Assembly: GCF_055900655.2 (NCBI RefSeq) | Contig: NZ_CM148328.1 | DNA length: 24,000 nucleotides | Strand: one strand, 5' to 3' | Shown: positions 1 through 8,504 of the stretch, in pieces | Numbering within the stretch: the first letter of the stretch is position 1 | Layout of the letters: each line of letters opens with the position of its first letter | Program-made: the position numbers and the translations under genes | Notes under the pieces: model-generated | Told to the model about the DNA's origin: nothing | Databases searched by the model: none | What the model saw: the letters and a program-made list of their open reading frames with translations, nothing else

Positions 1-391
1 ACCAGCGAATGGCGCGCGCCGCGCCGGGAATATCATCACGCAGACTGTGACGAATCGGTTTGCCGGTGTCGAGAGTTTCCAGCAGTGCCAGCTCTTCGGC
101 GTGGGCTTCCATTAAATCGGCGAGTTTATTCAGTACCGCTTTACGTTTAGCCGGAGAAGAGAGTGACCAGTCGCCGCGTTCAAATACGCCGCGTGCTGCG
201 CTCACCGCACGGTCGATATCGACGCTCTTGCCGCGGGCAATTTTCGCCAGCGGTGCCTGGGTGACCGGATCAACGGTTTCAAAGGTTTCATTTTCCGCCG
301 CAGCAGTATATTCACCGTTAATAAATAAGCGGTTTTCAATGGCGAGACTTAACGCTTTATCCTGCCAGTAAGCCAGATGATGAAAATTCAT
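1..391 (-). CDS. puuC: Gamma-glutamyl-gamma-aminobutyraldehyde dehydrogenase PuuC, N-terminal part. The gene runs off the left edge of the window.
   Basis: The reverse-strand translation from the ATG at 391-389 gives MNFHHLAYWQDKALSLAIENRLFINGEYTA..., which I recognise as the PuuC (AldH) N-terminus. An AGGAG Shine-Dalgarno lies a few nt upstream at about 396-400. The frame stays open to position 1. It is missing from the ORF track only because it lacks a stop inside the window. Confidence 0.9.
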   Translation of the reverse strand, partial: MNFHHLAYWQDKALSLAIENRLFINGEYTAAAENETFETVDPVTQAPLAKIARGKSVDIDRAVSAARGVFERGDWSLSSPAKRKAVLNKLADLMEAHAEELALLETLDTGKPIRHSLRDDIPGAARAIRW

Positions 392-498
392 TATGACTCC
401 TGTTTCACGTCTATCAGATATATGCAGTTTGTGAACGTCAGGGCGCAGAGATCCCCGGGCCGTATGCCCGTTTATTTCTGGCGACATTCTTTATGGAT

Positions 499-528
499 TG
501 CCGGGCGCATTGCGCTTACCCGGCTTAC
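499..528. repeat. REP-like (repetitive extragenic palindrome) element in the puuR-puuC spacer.
   Basis: The sequence tgccgggcgcattgcgcttacccggcttac has the GCCGGG...CCCGGC palindromic arms and trailing CTTAC that are typical of E. coli REP units. Confidence 0.6.
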
Positions 529-540
529 AGAACAAAAAGA

Positions 541-1098
541 TTAAAACGTGGTGGGCGTATGGGCGCTGATAATTCGGCAAATACCTGCCGACGTATTACT
601 GAAACTGTGCGGGATGCCGGTATTAATGGCATAACTTTGCCCCGCGACGAGGTGGTAATCCTGACCATTAATGGTCAGAACAATTTCACCTTCCAGTACA
701 GTGCCTATTTCCTCACCCTGATGCTTAATTCTTTCCCCAGTGGTTGTGCCCGGCTGGTACGTTTCAAAGATCATCGCCAGCGTGCGATTCGGGTTACCGT
801 TATGAACCAGCTTCATTGACACACCCTGACTGCCCATCTCAATTAAGTCGTCCTGATTAATGACGACCTGCGGCTCATCAGGTTTTTCCGGCTCGGAAAA
901 GAATTCCGAGAGTGACAGACCATACACCTTCAGCAGCTTTTGCAGCGTACTGATGGCAGGGCTGACTTTATCTTGTTCTATCGTACTGATAGCACTGTGA
1001 GTCAGCCCGGAGAGTTCGGCGGCACGACGTTGTGAAAGCCCCTGCTGCTGGCGGATTTCCGACAAGCGTTTTCCTGGCGCCAGTCCCTCATCACTCAT
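541..1098 (-). CDS. puuR: PuuR, HTH(XRE)-cupin repressor of the putrescine utilisation genes.
   Basis: The 185-aa ORF begins MSDEGLAPGKRLSEIRQQQGLSQRRAAELSGLTHSAISTIEQDK (HTH) and has a C-terminal cupin-like GxxxH region. It matches PuuR as I know it. Confidence 0.96.
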   Translation of the reverse strand: MSDEGLAPGKRLSEIRQQQGLSQRRAAELSGLTHSAISTIEQDKVSPAISTLQKLLKVYGLSLSEFFSEPEKPDEPQVVINQDDLIEMGSQGVSMKLVHNGNPNRTLAMIFETYQPGTTTGERIKHQGEEIGTVLEGEIVLTINGQDYHLVAGQSYAINTGIPHSFSNTSAGICRIISAHTPTTF

Positions 1099-1124
1099 AT
1101 TTGCATTTCCTTAAACTGTAGTGG

Positions 1125-1889
1125 TCAGAGTCGCTGTTTTTCAGCGATATGGTGCTGACAAGCGGTGATAAAGCCCTCGAACAATATACGCGAAAGCGCG
1201 TACTCGCTACTGTTCCATTCCGGGTGCCACTGTACGCCCAGCGCAAAAGGATGATTGATGACGCTAACCGCCTCAACTAAGCCATCCGGCGAGCGAGCTT
1301 CAACACGCAACCGTGGGCTAACGACCTTCGCCCCTTGTCCATGTAGAGAGTTTACCCAAAAGTTGCTACATTCAGGTAACAACGCAGACAGTAATCCCCC
1401 CTCTTCAACCTGAACTTCATGCGACGGTGCATATTGCTGTTCCACCGGCAGTTCGGGATCTTCCCGATGTTCCAGCAATTCAGGCTGTTCGCACAGCTTG
1501 CGATGCAACGAACCACCGGTTGCCACCACCAGTTCTTGTAAACCCCGGCAGATGGCGAAAATGGGGATGCGCCTTTCGAGTGCGGCATTAATTAACGCCA
1601 TGCTCAGAAGATCACGCCCGGGATCGGCGTCAGGCTCATCGCCGTTTTCACCATATAGGTGCGGCTGCACATTGCTGGGACTACCAGGAAGATAAATGCC
1701 ATCGAGTTTCGGCAAAAGTTGTTCAAGTAATGACGGTTCCGCCAGCGCATGTGGTAGCGCAATTGGCAAGCCGCCTGCGTGGATGATGGCATTCAGGTAC
1801 TTTTCTTGCAGAGTCTGGGTCGCATGACCCTTAAGCCTGTTCCTGCACATTACGACACCGATAACCGGATTGTTCATTATATTTTCCAT
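1125..1889 (-). CDS. puuD: Gamma-glutamyl-GABA hydrolase PuuD, a class-I glutamine amidotransferase-like peptidase C26.
   Basis: The ORF track gives 258 aa from a GTG at 1901. The recognised PuuD begins MENIMNNPVIGVVMCRN at the ATG at 1889, giving 254 aa. The catalytic-type motif AICRGLQ is present. Confidence 0.93.
   Translation of the reverse strand: MENIMNNPVIGVVMCRNRLKGHATQTLQEKYLNAIIHAGGLPIALPHALAEPSLLEQLLPKLDGIYLPGSPSNVQPHLYGENGDEPDADPGRDLLSMALINAALERRIPIFAICRGLQELVVATGGSLHRKLCEQPELLEHREDPELPVEQQYAPSHEVQVEEGGLLSALLPECSNFWVNSLHGQGAKVVSPRLRVEARSPDGLVEAVSVINHPFALGVQWHPEWNSSEYALSRILFEGFITACQHHIAEKQRL
1871..1885 (-). promoter_or_regulatory. PuuR operator, an exact match to the 15-bp motif as I recall it.
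   Basis: The reverse complement of tgttcattatatttt is AAAATATAATGAACA, the asymmetric PuuR recognition motif as I recall it from the puuA-puuD control region. It overlaps puuD codons 2-6. Confidence 0.6.
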
Positions 1890-1947
1890 GCTCAATCTCA
1901 CAAAGTGGACTAAATTATCGCCATTACTGCGGTTTAAATGACCTTTA

Positions 1948-1962
1948 TGTTCAATATTTTTT
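1948..1962 (-). promoter_or_regulatory. PuuR operator-like site, 13 of 15 matches.
   Basis: tgttcaatatttttt matches tgttcattatatttt at 13 of 15 positions. It lies in the divergent puuD/puuA spacer. Confidence 0.45.
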
Positions 1963-2042
1963 CAATCTAGCAGTGGGTTTTCATTTTTGCAAACTCAATT
2001 TAACATTTGACAAACATTTAGTTTGCATACAGATTCGAATGG

Positions 2043-2057
2043 TGGTCATTATATTTT
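2043..2057 (-). promoter_or_regulatory. PuuR operator-like site, 14 of 15 matches.
   Basis: tggtcattatatttt matches tgttcattatatttt at 14 of 15 positions. It sits about 45 bp upstream of the puuA ATG and just downstream of a TTGACA hexamer at 2008-2013. Confidence 0.5.
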
Positions 2058-2100
2058 ACGCTTTGATAACGAGCGGAAAACAAACCAAAGGCGAAGAATC

Positions 2101-3519
2101 ATGGAAACCAATATCGTTGAAGTAGAGAACTTTGTTCAGCAGTCAGAAGAGAGGCGGGGTAGCGCCTTTACGCAGGAAGTGAAACGCTACCTGGAGCGCT
2201 ACCCGAATACGCAATATGTTGATGTTTTACTTACTGATTTGAATGGTTGCTTCCGTGGAAAACGTATCCCTGTTTCAAGCCTGAAGAAGTTGGAGAAAGG
2301 GTGTTATTTCCCGGCCTCGGTGTTTGCAATGGATATTCTGGGCAACGTAGTAGAAGAAGCGGGTCTGGGTCAGGAAATGGGCGAGCCGGATCGTACTTGT
2401 GTTCCTGTTCTCGGTTCCTTAACCCCTTCTGCCGCCGATCCAGAGTTTATCGGTCAGATGCTCCTGACCATGGTCGATGAAGATGGCGCTCCCTTTGACG
2501 TTGAGCCGCGGAACGTTCTTAACCGCCTGTGGCAGCAGCTACGCCAGCGCGGATTGTTCCCGGTTGTAGCGGTAGAGCTGGAGTTCTATTTACTGGATCG
2601 TCAGCGCGACGCTGAAGGGTATCTGCAACCGCCCTGCGCGCCCGGCACCGATGACCGCAATACACAAAGCCAGGTTTACTCCGTTGATAACCTCAACCAC
2701 TTCGCCGATGTGCTCAATGATATTGATGAACTGGCGCAGTTACAGTTAATTCCCGCCGACGGTGCGGTCGCCGAAGCCTCGCCGGGTCAGTTTGAAATCA
2801 ACCTTTACCATACCGATAACGTGCTGGAAGCCTGCGATGATGCGCTGGCGCTAAAACGCCTGGTGCGTCTGATGGCAGAAAAGCATAAGATGCACGCCAC
2901 TTTTATGGCGAAGCCGTATGAAGAGCACGCGGGCAGCGGAATGCATATCCATATCAGTATGCAAAATAACCGTGGCGAGAACGTGCTTTCTGACGCGGAA
3001 GGCGAAGATTCGCCGCTGCTGAAAAAGATGCTCGCCGGGATGATTGACCTGATGCCGTCGTCGATGGCGTTGCTGGCACCAAACGTGAACTCGTATCGCC
3101 GCTTCCAGCCGGGAATGTATGTGCCGACGCAGGCGTCGTGGGGCCATAACAACCGCACCGTCGCCCTGCGTATTCCGTGCGGCGACCGTCATAATCACCG
3201 CGTGGAATATCGCGTGGCGGGTGCCGATGCCAACCCATATCTGGTGATGGCAGCGATTTTTGCCGGTATTTTGCATGGCCTTGATAACGAGCTGCCGTTG
3301 CAGGAAGAAGTCGAAGGCAACGGGCTGGAACAGGAAGGCTTACCCTTCCCGATTCGCCAGAGCGATGCCCTGGGTGAGTTTATCGAGAATGATCACCTGC
3401 GCCGCTATTTAGGCGAACGGTTTTGCCATGTGTATCACGCCTGTAAAAATGATGAGCTGTTGCAGTTTGAGCGCCTCATCACAGAAACAGAAATTGAGTG
3501 GATGTTGAAAAACGCGTAA
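2101..3519 (+). CDS. puuA: Glutamate-putrescine ligase PuuA, a glutamine synthetase family (type III-like) enzyme.
   Basis: The track ORF starts at 2023. The recognised PuuA begins METNIVEVENFVQQSEERRGSAF at the ATG at 2101, giving 472 aa. GS-family motifs are present (for example HAGSGMHIHIS and NRTVALRIP). Confidence 0.95.
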   Translation: METNIVEVENFVQQSEERRGSAFTQEVKRYLERYPNTQYVDVLLTDLNGCFRGKRIPVSSLKKLEKGCYFPASVFAMDILGNVVEEAGLGQEMGEPDRTCVPVLGSLTPSAADPEFIGQMLLTMVDEDGAPFDVEPRNVLNRLWQQLRQRGLFPVVAVELEFYLLDRQRDAEGYLQPPCAPGTDDRNTQSQVYSVDNLNHFADVLNDIDELAQLQLIPADGAVAEASPGQFEINLYHTDNVLEACDDALALKRLVRLMAEKHKMHATFMAKPYEEHAGSGMHIHISMQNNRGENVLSDAEGEDSPLLKKMLAGMIDLMPSSMALLAPNVNSYRRFQPGMYVPTQASWGHNNRTVALRIPCGDRHNHRVEYRVAGADANPYLVMAAIFAGILHGLDNELPLQEEVEGNGLEQEGLPFPIRQSDALGEFIENDHLRRYLGERFCHVYHACKNDELLQFERLITETEIEWMLKNA

Positions 3520-3821
3520 TTCCCCATGCGGGGTTGTTTCATCGGCCTGAGCGGAGCCAGGCCTGACATTTGCTGGTAATCCAGACATTTCCCGGATGTC
3601 GCGTTATGGAGCGCAGGCGGCAACGGGCTTCCGTTAACGATTAAGACTGTGACGAGGAAATGAGATGATGCCGATGATTAAATCCCCGCATGGCGAGGGA
3701 GGCTGCGTATGCGCCCCTCCTGCTACTGACTGGACTCCGCCCCCTTTGCTTCCCTTGCTAAACAGGTTTGATTTCAGGTCGACACGACCGCAAACCTTAT
3801 TACGCAGGGGAGGCAGCAATT

Positions 3822-5207
3822 ATGGCTATTAATTCACCACTGAATATTGCTGCGCAACCCGGCAAAACCCGTCTGCGAAAATCACTGAAATTGTGGCAGG
3901 TGGTAATGATGGGTCTGGCCTATCTCACGCCGATGACCGTATTTGATACTTTTGGTATTGTCTCCGGCATTAGCGACGGTCACGTTCCAGCGTCCTATTT
4001 GCTGGCGCTGGCGGGCGTGCTGTTTACCGCTATCAGCTACGGCAAACTGGTTCGCCAGTTTCCGGAGGCCGGTTCGGCCTATACCTACGCGCAAAAGTCG
4101 ATTAATCCGCACGTCGGATTTATGGTCGGCTGGTCATCACTGCTGGATTATCTCTTTTTGCCAATGATCAACGTTTTGTTGGCGAAAATCTATCTCTCCG
4201 CCCTCTTCCCGGAAGTGCCGCCGTGGGTGTGGGTGGTAACCTTCGTCGCCATTTTAACCGCCGCGAATCTGAAGAGCGTCAACCTGGTCGCTAACTTCAA
4301 TACCCTGTTTGTACTGGTGCAAATCTCCATCATGGTGGTGTTTATCTTCCTGGTGGTTCAGGGACTGCATAAAGGAGAAGGCGTTGGCACCGTCTGGTCA
4401 CTTCAGCCGTTTATCAGCGAGAACGCGCACCTGATCCCGATTATTACCGGTGCGACGATTGTCTGTTTCTCGTTCCTCGGTTTCGATGCGGTGACCACGC
4501 TTTCGGAAGAGACGCCGGACGCCGCACGCGTGATCCCGAAAGCCATCTTCCTGACGGCGGTATACGGCGGCGTTATCTTTATCGCGGCGTCGTTCTTTAT
4601 GCAGCTGTTCTTTCCCGATATCAGCCGCTTTAAAGACCCGGACGCCGCACTGCCTGAAATTGCGCTGTTCGTCGGCGGCAAGCTCTTTCAGTCGATTTTC
4701 CTCTGCACCACGTTTGTGAACACATTAGCGTCTGGCCTGGCTTCACATGCCAGCGTGTCGCGTCTGCTGTATGTGATGGGGCGTGACAATGTGTTTCCGG
4801 AGCGCGTGTTTGGCTATGTGCACCCAAAATGGCGGACTCCGGCACTCAACGTCATTATGGTCGGGATTGTCGCGCTGTCGGCGCTGTTCTTTGATTTAGT
4901 CACCGCGACAGCACTGATTAACTTCGGTGCTCTGGTGGCGTTTACCTTCGTGAATCTGTCGGTGTTTAATCATTTCTGGCGGCGTAAAGGAATGAATAAA
5001 AGCTGGAAGGATCACTTCCACTATTTGCTGATGCCGCTGGTTGGCGCGCTGACGGTGGGTGTGCTGTGGGTTAACCTAGAGTCAACGTCACTGACACTCG
5101 GTCTGGTATGGGCTTCGTTAGGCGGCGCATATTTGTGGTATCTGATCCGCCGCTATCGCAAAGTGCCGCTGTACGAAGGTGACAGAACGCCGGTGAGCGA
5201 AACGTAA
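3822..5207 (+). CDS. puuP: Putrescine:H+ importer PuuP, APC superfamily.
   Basis: The track ORF starts at 3768. The ATG at 3822 follows a GGGGAGG Shine-Dalgarno at an 8-nt spacing and gives the 461-aa [26 protein letters not shown]... protein. It is a polytopic hydrophobic protein. Confidence 0.95.
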   Translation: MAINSPLNIAAQPGKTRLRKSLKLWQVVMMGLAYLTPMTVFDTFGIVSGISDGHVPASYLLALAGVLFTAISYGKLVRQFPEAGSAYTYAQKSINPHVGFMVGWSSLLDYLFLPMINVLLAKIYLSALFPEVPPWVWVVTFVAILTAANLKSVNLVANFNTLFVLVQISIMVVFIFLVVQGLHKGEGVGTVWSLQPFISENAHLIPIITGATIVCFSFLGFDAVTTLSEETPDAARVIPKAIFLTAVYGGVIFIAASFFMQLFFPDISRFKDPDAALPEIALFVGGKLFQSIFLCTTFVNTLASGLASHASVSRLLYVMGRDNVFPERVFGYVHPKWRTPALNVIMVGIVALSALFFDLVTATALINFGALVAFTFVNLSVFNHFWRRKGMNKSWKDHFHYLLMPLVGALTVGVLWVNLESTSLTLGLVWASLGGAYLWYLIRRYRKVPLYEGDRTPVSET

Positions 5208-5216
5208 TAGCCGGAT

Positions 5217-5255
5217 GCGCGGCGCATTATCCTGCCTGAGGGTAACGCGCCGCGC
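5217..5255. repeat. GC-rich REP-like hairpin just after puuP.
   Basis: gcgcggcgc (5217-5225) is the perfect reverse complement of gcgccgcgc (5247-5255). It is preceded by a gccggatgcg REP-like half-site. There is no U-tract, so it is more likely a stabiliser or REP than a canonical terminator. Confidence 0.45.
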
Positions 5256-5340
5256 CATTAACTATAAAAAGATGTATGACCCGGATCACGAGTGCTATCA
5301 TCCGCCCTTATGCTTAGCGCATTAACCCCAGGGGCAAATA

Positions 5341-5586
5341 ATGAACCACGATATCCCGCTAAAATATTTTGATATTGCCGATGAGTACGCGACCGAATGC
5401 GCAGAGCCTGTCGCAGAGGCTGAACGCACACCGCTGGCCCACTACTTCCAGTTACTGCTCACCCGTTTGATGAACAATGAAGAGATCAGCGAAGAAGCCC
5501 AACATGAAATGGCTGCTGAAGCGGGGATTAATCCCGTACGCATTGATGAGATCGCAGAGTTTTTGAATCAATGGGGTAATGAGTAA
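5341..5586 (+). CDS. ymjA: YmjA, an 81-aa DUF2543-type protein of unknown function.
   Basis: The [43 protein letters not shown]... matches YmjA as I know it. It is strongly acidic, with 18 Asp/Glu against 4 Lys/Arg. Confidence 0.9.
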
Positions 5587-5618
5587 TTATTTAATTGCAG
5601 ACGATCGGTCAGTATCGT

Positions 5619-5653
5619 TGTCCGGATAAAGCGTTCACGCCGCATCCGGCTAA
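5619..5653. repeat. REP element downstream of ymjA.
   Basis: ccggataaagcgttcacgccgcatccgg is a classical REP unit with CCGGAT...ATCCGG arms. It is followed by a small hairpin, cacgc-actgca-gcgtg (5661-5676), and then ctttaatgggttt. Confidence 0.75.
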
Positions 5654-5898
5654 CAATGACACGCACTGCAGCGTGCTTTAATGGGTTTCTCACGATCGTA
5701 CCGCTCTGCTCCTCGCTAAGTTGTTCTGTGAGTTATAGTTATAGAGAAATCACGGGTACGAATGTTGAACAGATGGCGACGCCACCTGTTCAACGACCAA
5801 CCACACGGCCCTCATTACGACCCCTGAACACAAACGGTAATGGCAAATGTCATTAAATATTAGTAAGATAGCCTCTTTACATAAAATCCCTTAATATT

Positions 5899-7542
5899 AT
5901 GCGCCAGGTATTATCGTCTCTTTTGGTGATTGCTGGACTTGTGAGTGGTCAGGCAATCGCCGCGCCTGAATCCCCCCCGCATGCTGATATCCGCGACAGC
6001 GGTTTTGTCTATTGCGTCAGCGGGCAAGTCAACACCTTTAACCCATCCAAAGCGAGCAGTGGGTTAATTGTCGATACCCTTGCCGCCCAGTTTTATGATC
6101 GACTGCTGGATGTCGATCCCTATACCTATCGCCTGATGCCGGAACTTGCCGAAAGCTGGGAAGTACTCGACAACGGCGCGACCTATCGCTTCCACCTGCG
6201 TCGCGATGTTCCGTTTCAAAAAACCGACTGGTTTACTCCCACTCGTAAAATGAATGCCGACGATGTGGTGTTTACCTTCCAGCGAATTTTTGACCGCAAC
6301 AACCCGTGGCATAACGTCAACGGCAGCAACTTCCCCTACTTCGACAGCCTGCAATTTGCCGATAACGTGAAAAGCGTCCGCAAACTGGATAATCATACCG
6401 TTGAGTTCCGACTCGCCCAGCCGGATGCTTCTTTTTTGTGGCACCTCGCAACCCATTATGCTTCGGTCATGTCGGCAGAATATGCCCGGAAGTTAGAGAA
6501 AGAAGATCGCCAGGAGCAACTCGACCGTCAACCGGTCGGCACCGGTCCGTATCAGTTGTCGGAATACCGCGCCGGGCAATTTATTCGCCTACAACGTCAT
6601 GATGACTTCTGGCGCGGTAAACCGTTAATGCCGCAGGTAGTGGTGGATTTAGGCTCCGGCGGCACCGGACGTCTGTCGAAACTCCTGACCGGGGAATGCG
6701 ACGTTCTGGCCTGGCCTGCTGCCAGCCAGCTATCCATTTTGCGTGACGACCCGCGCTTGCGTTTAACGCTGCGTCCTGGGATGAACGTCGCCTATCTGGC
6801 ATTTAACACCGCCAAACCGCCGCTAAATAATCCCGCTGTCCGCCATGCACTGGCACTGGCGATTAATAACCAGCGCCTGATGCAATCCATCTATTATGGT
6901 ACGGCTGAAACGGCGGCCTCTATTTTACCGCGCGCCTCGTGGGCCTATGACAACGAGGCTAAAATTACTGAATACAATCCGGCGAAATCGCGCGAACAGT
7001 TGAAGGCGTTGGGGCTGGAAAACTTAACGCTGAAACTGTGGGTGCCCACACGTTCGCAGGCGTGGAACCCCAGTCCACTGAAAACTGCCGAACTGATTCA
7101 GGCGGATATGGCGCAGGTTGGCGTAAAAGTGGTGATTGTGCCGGTAGAAGGTCGCTTTCAGGAGGCGCGGTTGATGGATATGAGCCATGATCTGACGTTA
7201 TCCGGTTGGGCGACGGACAGTAACGACCCGGACAGTTTCTTCCGTCCTTTACTGAGCTGCGCGGCAATTCATTCACAGACCAACCTCGCCCACTGGTGCG
7301 ATCCGAAATTCGACAGCGTGTTGCGTAAGGCGCTCTCCTCGCAGCAGCTGGCAGCGCGTATTGAAGCCTATGACGAAGCGCAGAGTATTCTGGCGCAGGA
7401 ATTGCCCATTTTGCCGCTGGCGTCGTCATTGCGTTTGCAGGCCTATCGGTACGATATCAAAGGTCTGGTACTTAGCCCGTTTGGTAACGCCTCCTTTGCT
7501 GGGGTGTATCGCGAGAAACAGGATGAGGTGAAAAAGCCATGA
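5899..7542 (+). CDS. sapA: SapA, the periplasmic solute-binding protein (cluster C, Opp/Dpp-like) of the Sap ABC system.
   Basis: The 547-aa ORF has a signal peptide [23 protein letters not shown]. It matches SapA. Its stop overlaps the sapB start (ATGA at 7539-7542). Confidence 0.96.
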   Translation: MRQVLSSLLVIAGLVSGQAIAAPESPPHADIRDSGFVYCVSGQVNTFNPSKASSGLIVDTLAAQFYDRLLDVDPYTYRLMPELAESWEVLDNGATYRFHLRRDVPFQKTDWFTPTRKMNADDVVFTFQRIFDRNNPWHNVNGSNFPYFDSLQFADNVKSVRKLDNHTVEFRLAQPDASFLWHLATHYASVMSAEYARKLEKEDRQEQLDRQPVGTGPYQLSEYRAGQFIRLQRHDDFWRGKPLMPQVVVDLGSGGTGRLSKLLTGECDVLAWPAASQLSILRDDPRLRLTLRPGMNVAYLAFNTAKPPLNNPAVRHALALAINNQRLMQSIYYGTAETAASILPRASWAYDNEAKITEYNPAKSREQLKALGLENLTLKLWVPTRSQAWNPSPLKTAELIQADMAQVGVKVVIVPVEGRFQEARLMDMSHDLTLSGWATDSNDPDSFFRPLLSCAAIHSQTNLAHWCDPKFDSVLRKALSSQQLAARIEAYDEAQSILAQELPILPLASSLRLQAYRYDIKGLVLSPFGNASFAGVYREKQDEVKKP

Positions 7543-8504
7543 TTATCTTCACCTTACGCCGCATTTTGTTATTGATTGTTACCTTGTTCCTGCTGACCTT
7601 CGTTGGCTTCAGTTTGAGCTATTTCACTCCACACGCGCCGTTACAAGGCGCGTCACTGTGGAATGCCTGGGTGTTCTGGTTTAATGGCCTGATCCACTGG
7701 GATTTTGGTGTTTCCAGCATTAACGGTCAACCAATTGCCGAACAGTTAAAAGAGGTCTTCCCGGCGACGATGGAACTGTGCATCCTCGCCTTCGGTTTTG
7801 CGCTGATTGTTGGCATCCCCGTGGGGATGATTGCCGGGATTACGCGCCATAAGTGGCAGGATAACTTGATCAACGCCATCGCCTTACTGGGCTTTTCAAT
7901 CCCGGTGTTCTGGCTGGCGCTTCTGTTGACGCTGTTTTGTTCACTCACGCTAGGTTGGTTGCCCGTTTCAGGGCGTTTCGATCTGCTGTACGAAGTGAAA
8001 CCGATTACCGGGTTTGCGTTGATTGATGCCTGGCTTTCGGACTCACCATGGCGGGATGAAATGATCATGAGCGCAATCCGCCATATGATATTGCCCGTGA
8101 TCACCCTGTCGGTTGCGCCAACAACTGAAGTGATCCGACTGATGCGTATCAGCACTATCGAAGTGTATGACCAGAACTATGTTAAAGCGGCGGCTACCCG
8201 CGGTTTGTCGCGCTTTACTATTTTGCGTCGCCACGTTCTGCATAACGCGTTACCGCCGGTTATTCCTCGCCTGGGCTTACAGTTTTCCACCATGCTGACG
8301 CTGGCGATGATCACCGAAATGGTTTTTAGCTGGCCGGGTTTAGGGCGCTGGTTAATTAACGCCATCCGCCAGCAGGATTACGCAGCCATTTCCGCCGGAG
8401 TGATGGTGTGTGGCTCACTGGTCATTATTGTTAACGTGATTTCTGATATTTTGGGTGCCATGGCTAACCCTCTGAAACATAAGGAATGGTATGCCTTACG
8501 ATAG
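7539..8504 (+). CDS. sapB: SapB, ABC transporter permease.
   Basis: A 321-aa polytopic membrane protein of the Opp/Dpp-B type. It overlaps sapC by 14 nt. Confidence 0.96.

Noticed and set aside
60-819. Plus-strand ORFs at 60-371 and 493-819.
   Set aside because: They are antisense shadows of puuC and puuR respectively. The second also runs through the REP element.
2023-2100. Longer N-terminal extensions offered by the ORF track for puuA (2023), puuP (3768), yciW (12825), pyrF (21148), yciZ (18358), puuD (1901) and yciH (20354).
   Set aside because: The downstream ATGs are preceded by properly spaced Shine-Dalgarno sequences and reproduce the protein N-termini I recognise. The extensions begin at non-ATG or unsupported codons inside promoter or operator DNA.
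5656-5856. A 66-aa plus-strand ORF filling the ymjA-sapA spacer.
   Set aside because: It starts inside the REP and hairpin region without a Shine-Dalgarno. It has an odd composition (CSSLSCSVSYSY, then a Pro/Thr/Arg run) and overlaps the palindromes, which are better explained as regulatory DNA or RNA.
5972-5978. A C7 homopolymer in sapA codons 25-27 (E-S-P-P-H), considered as a possible slipped-strand phase-variation tract.
   Set aside because: Seven nucleotides is short for contingency-locus behaviour in E. coli. The tract simply encodes Ser-Pro-Pro at the start of the mature protein, and nothing else suggests phase variation.
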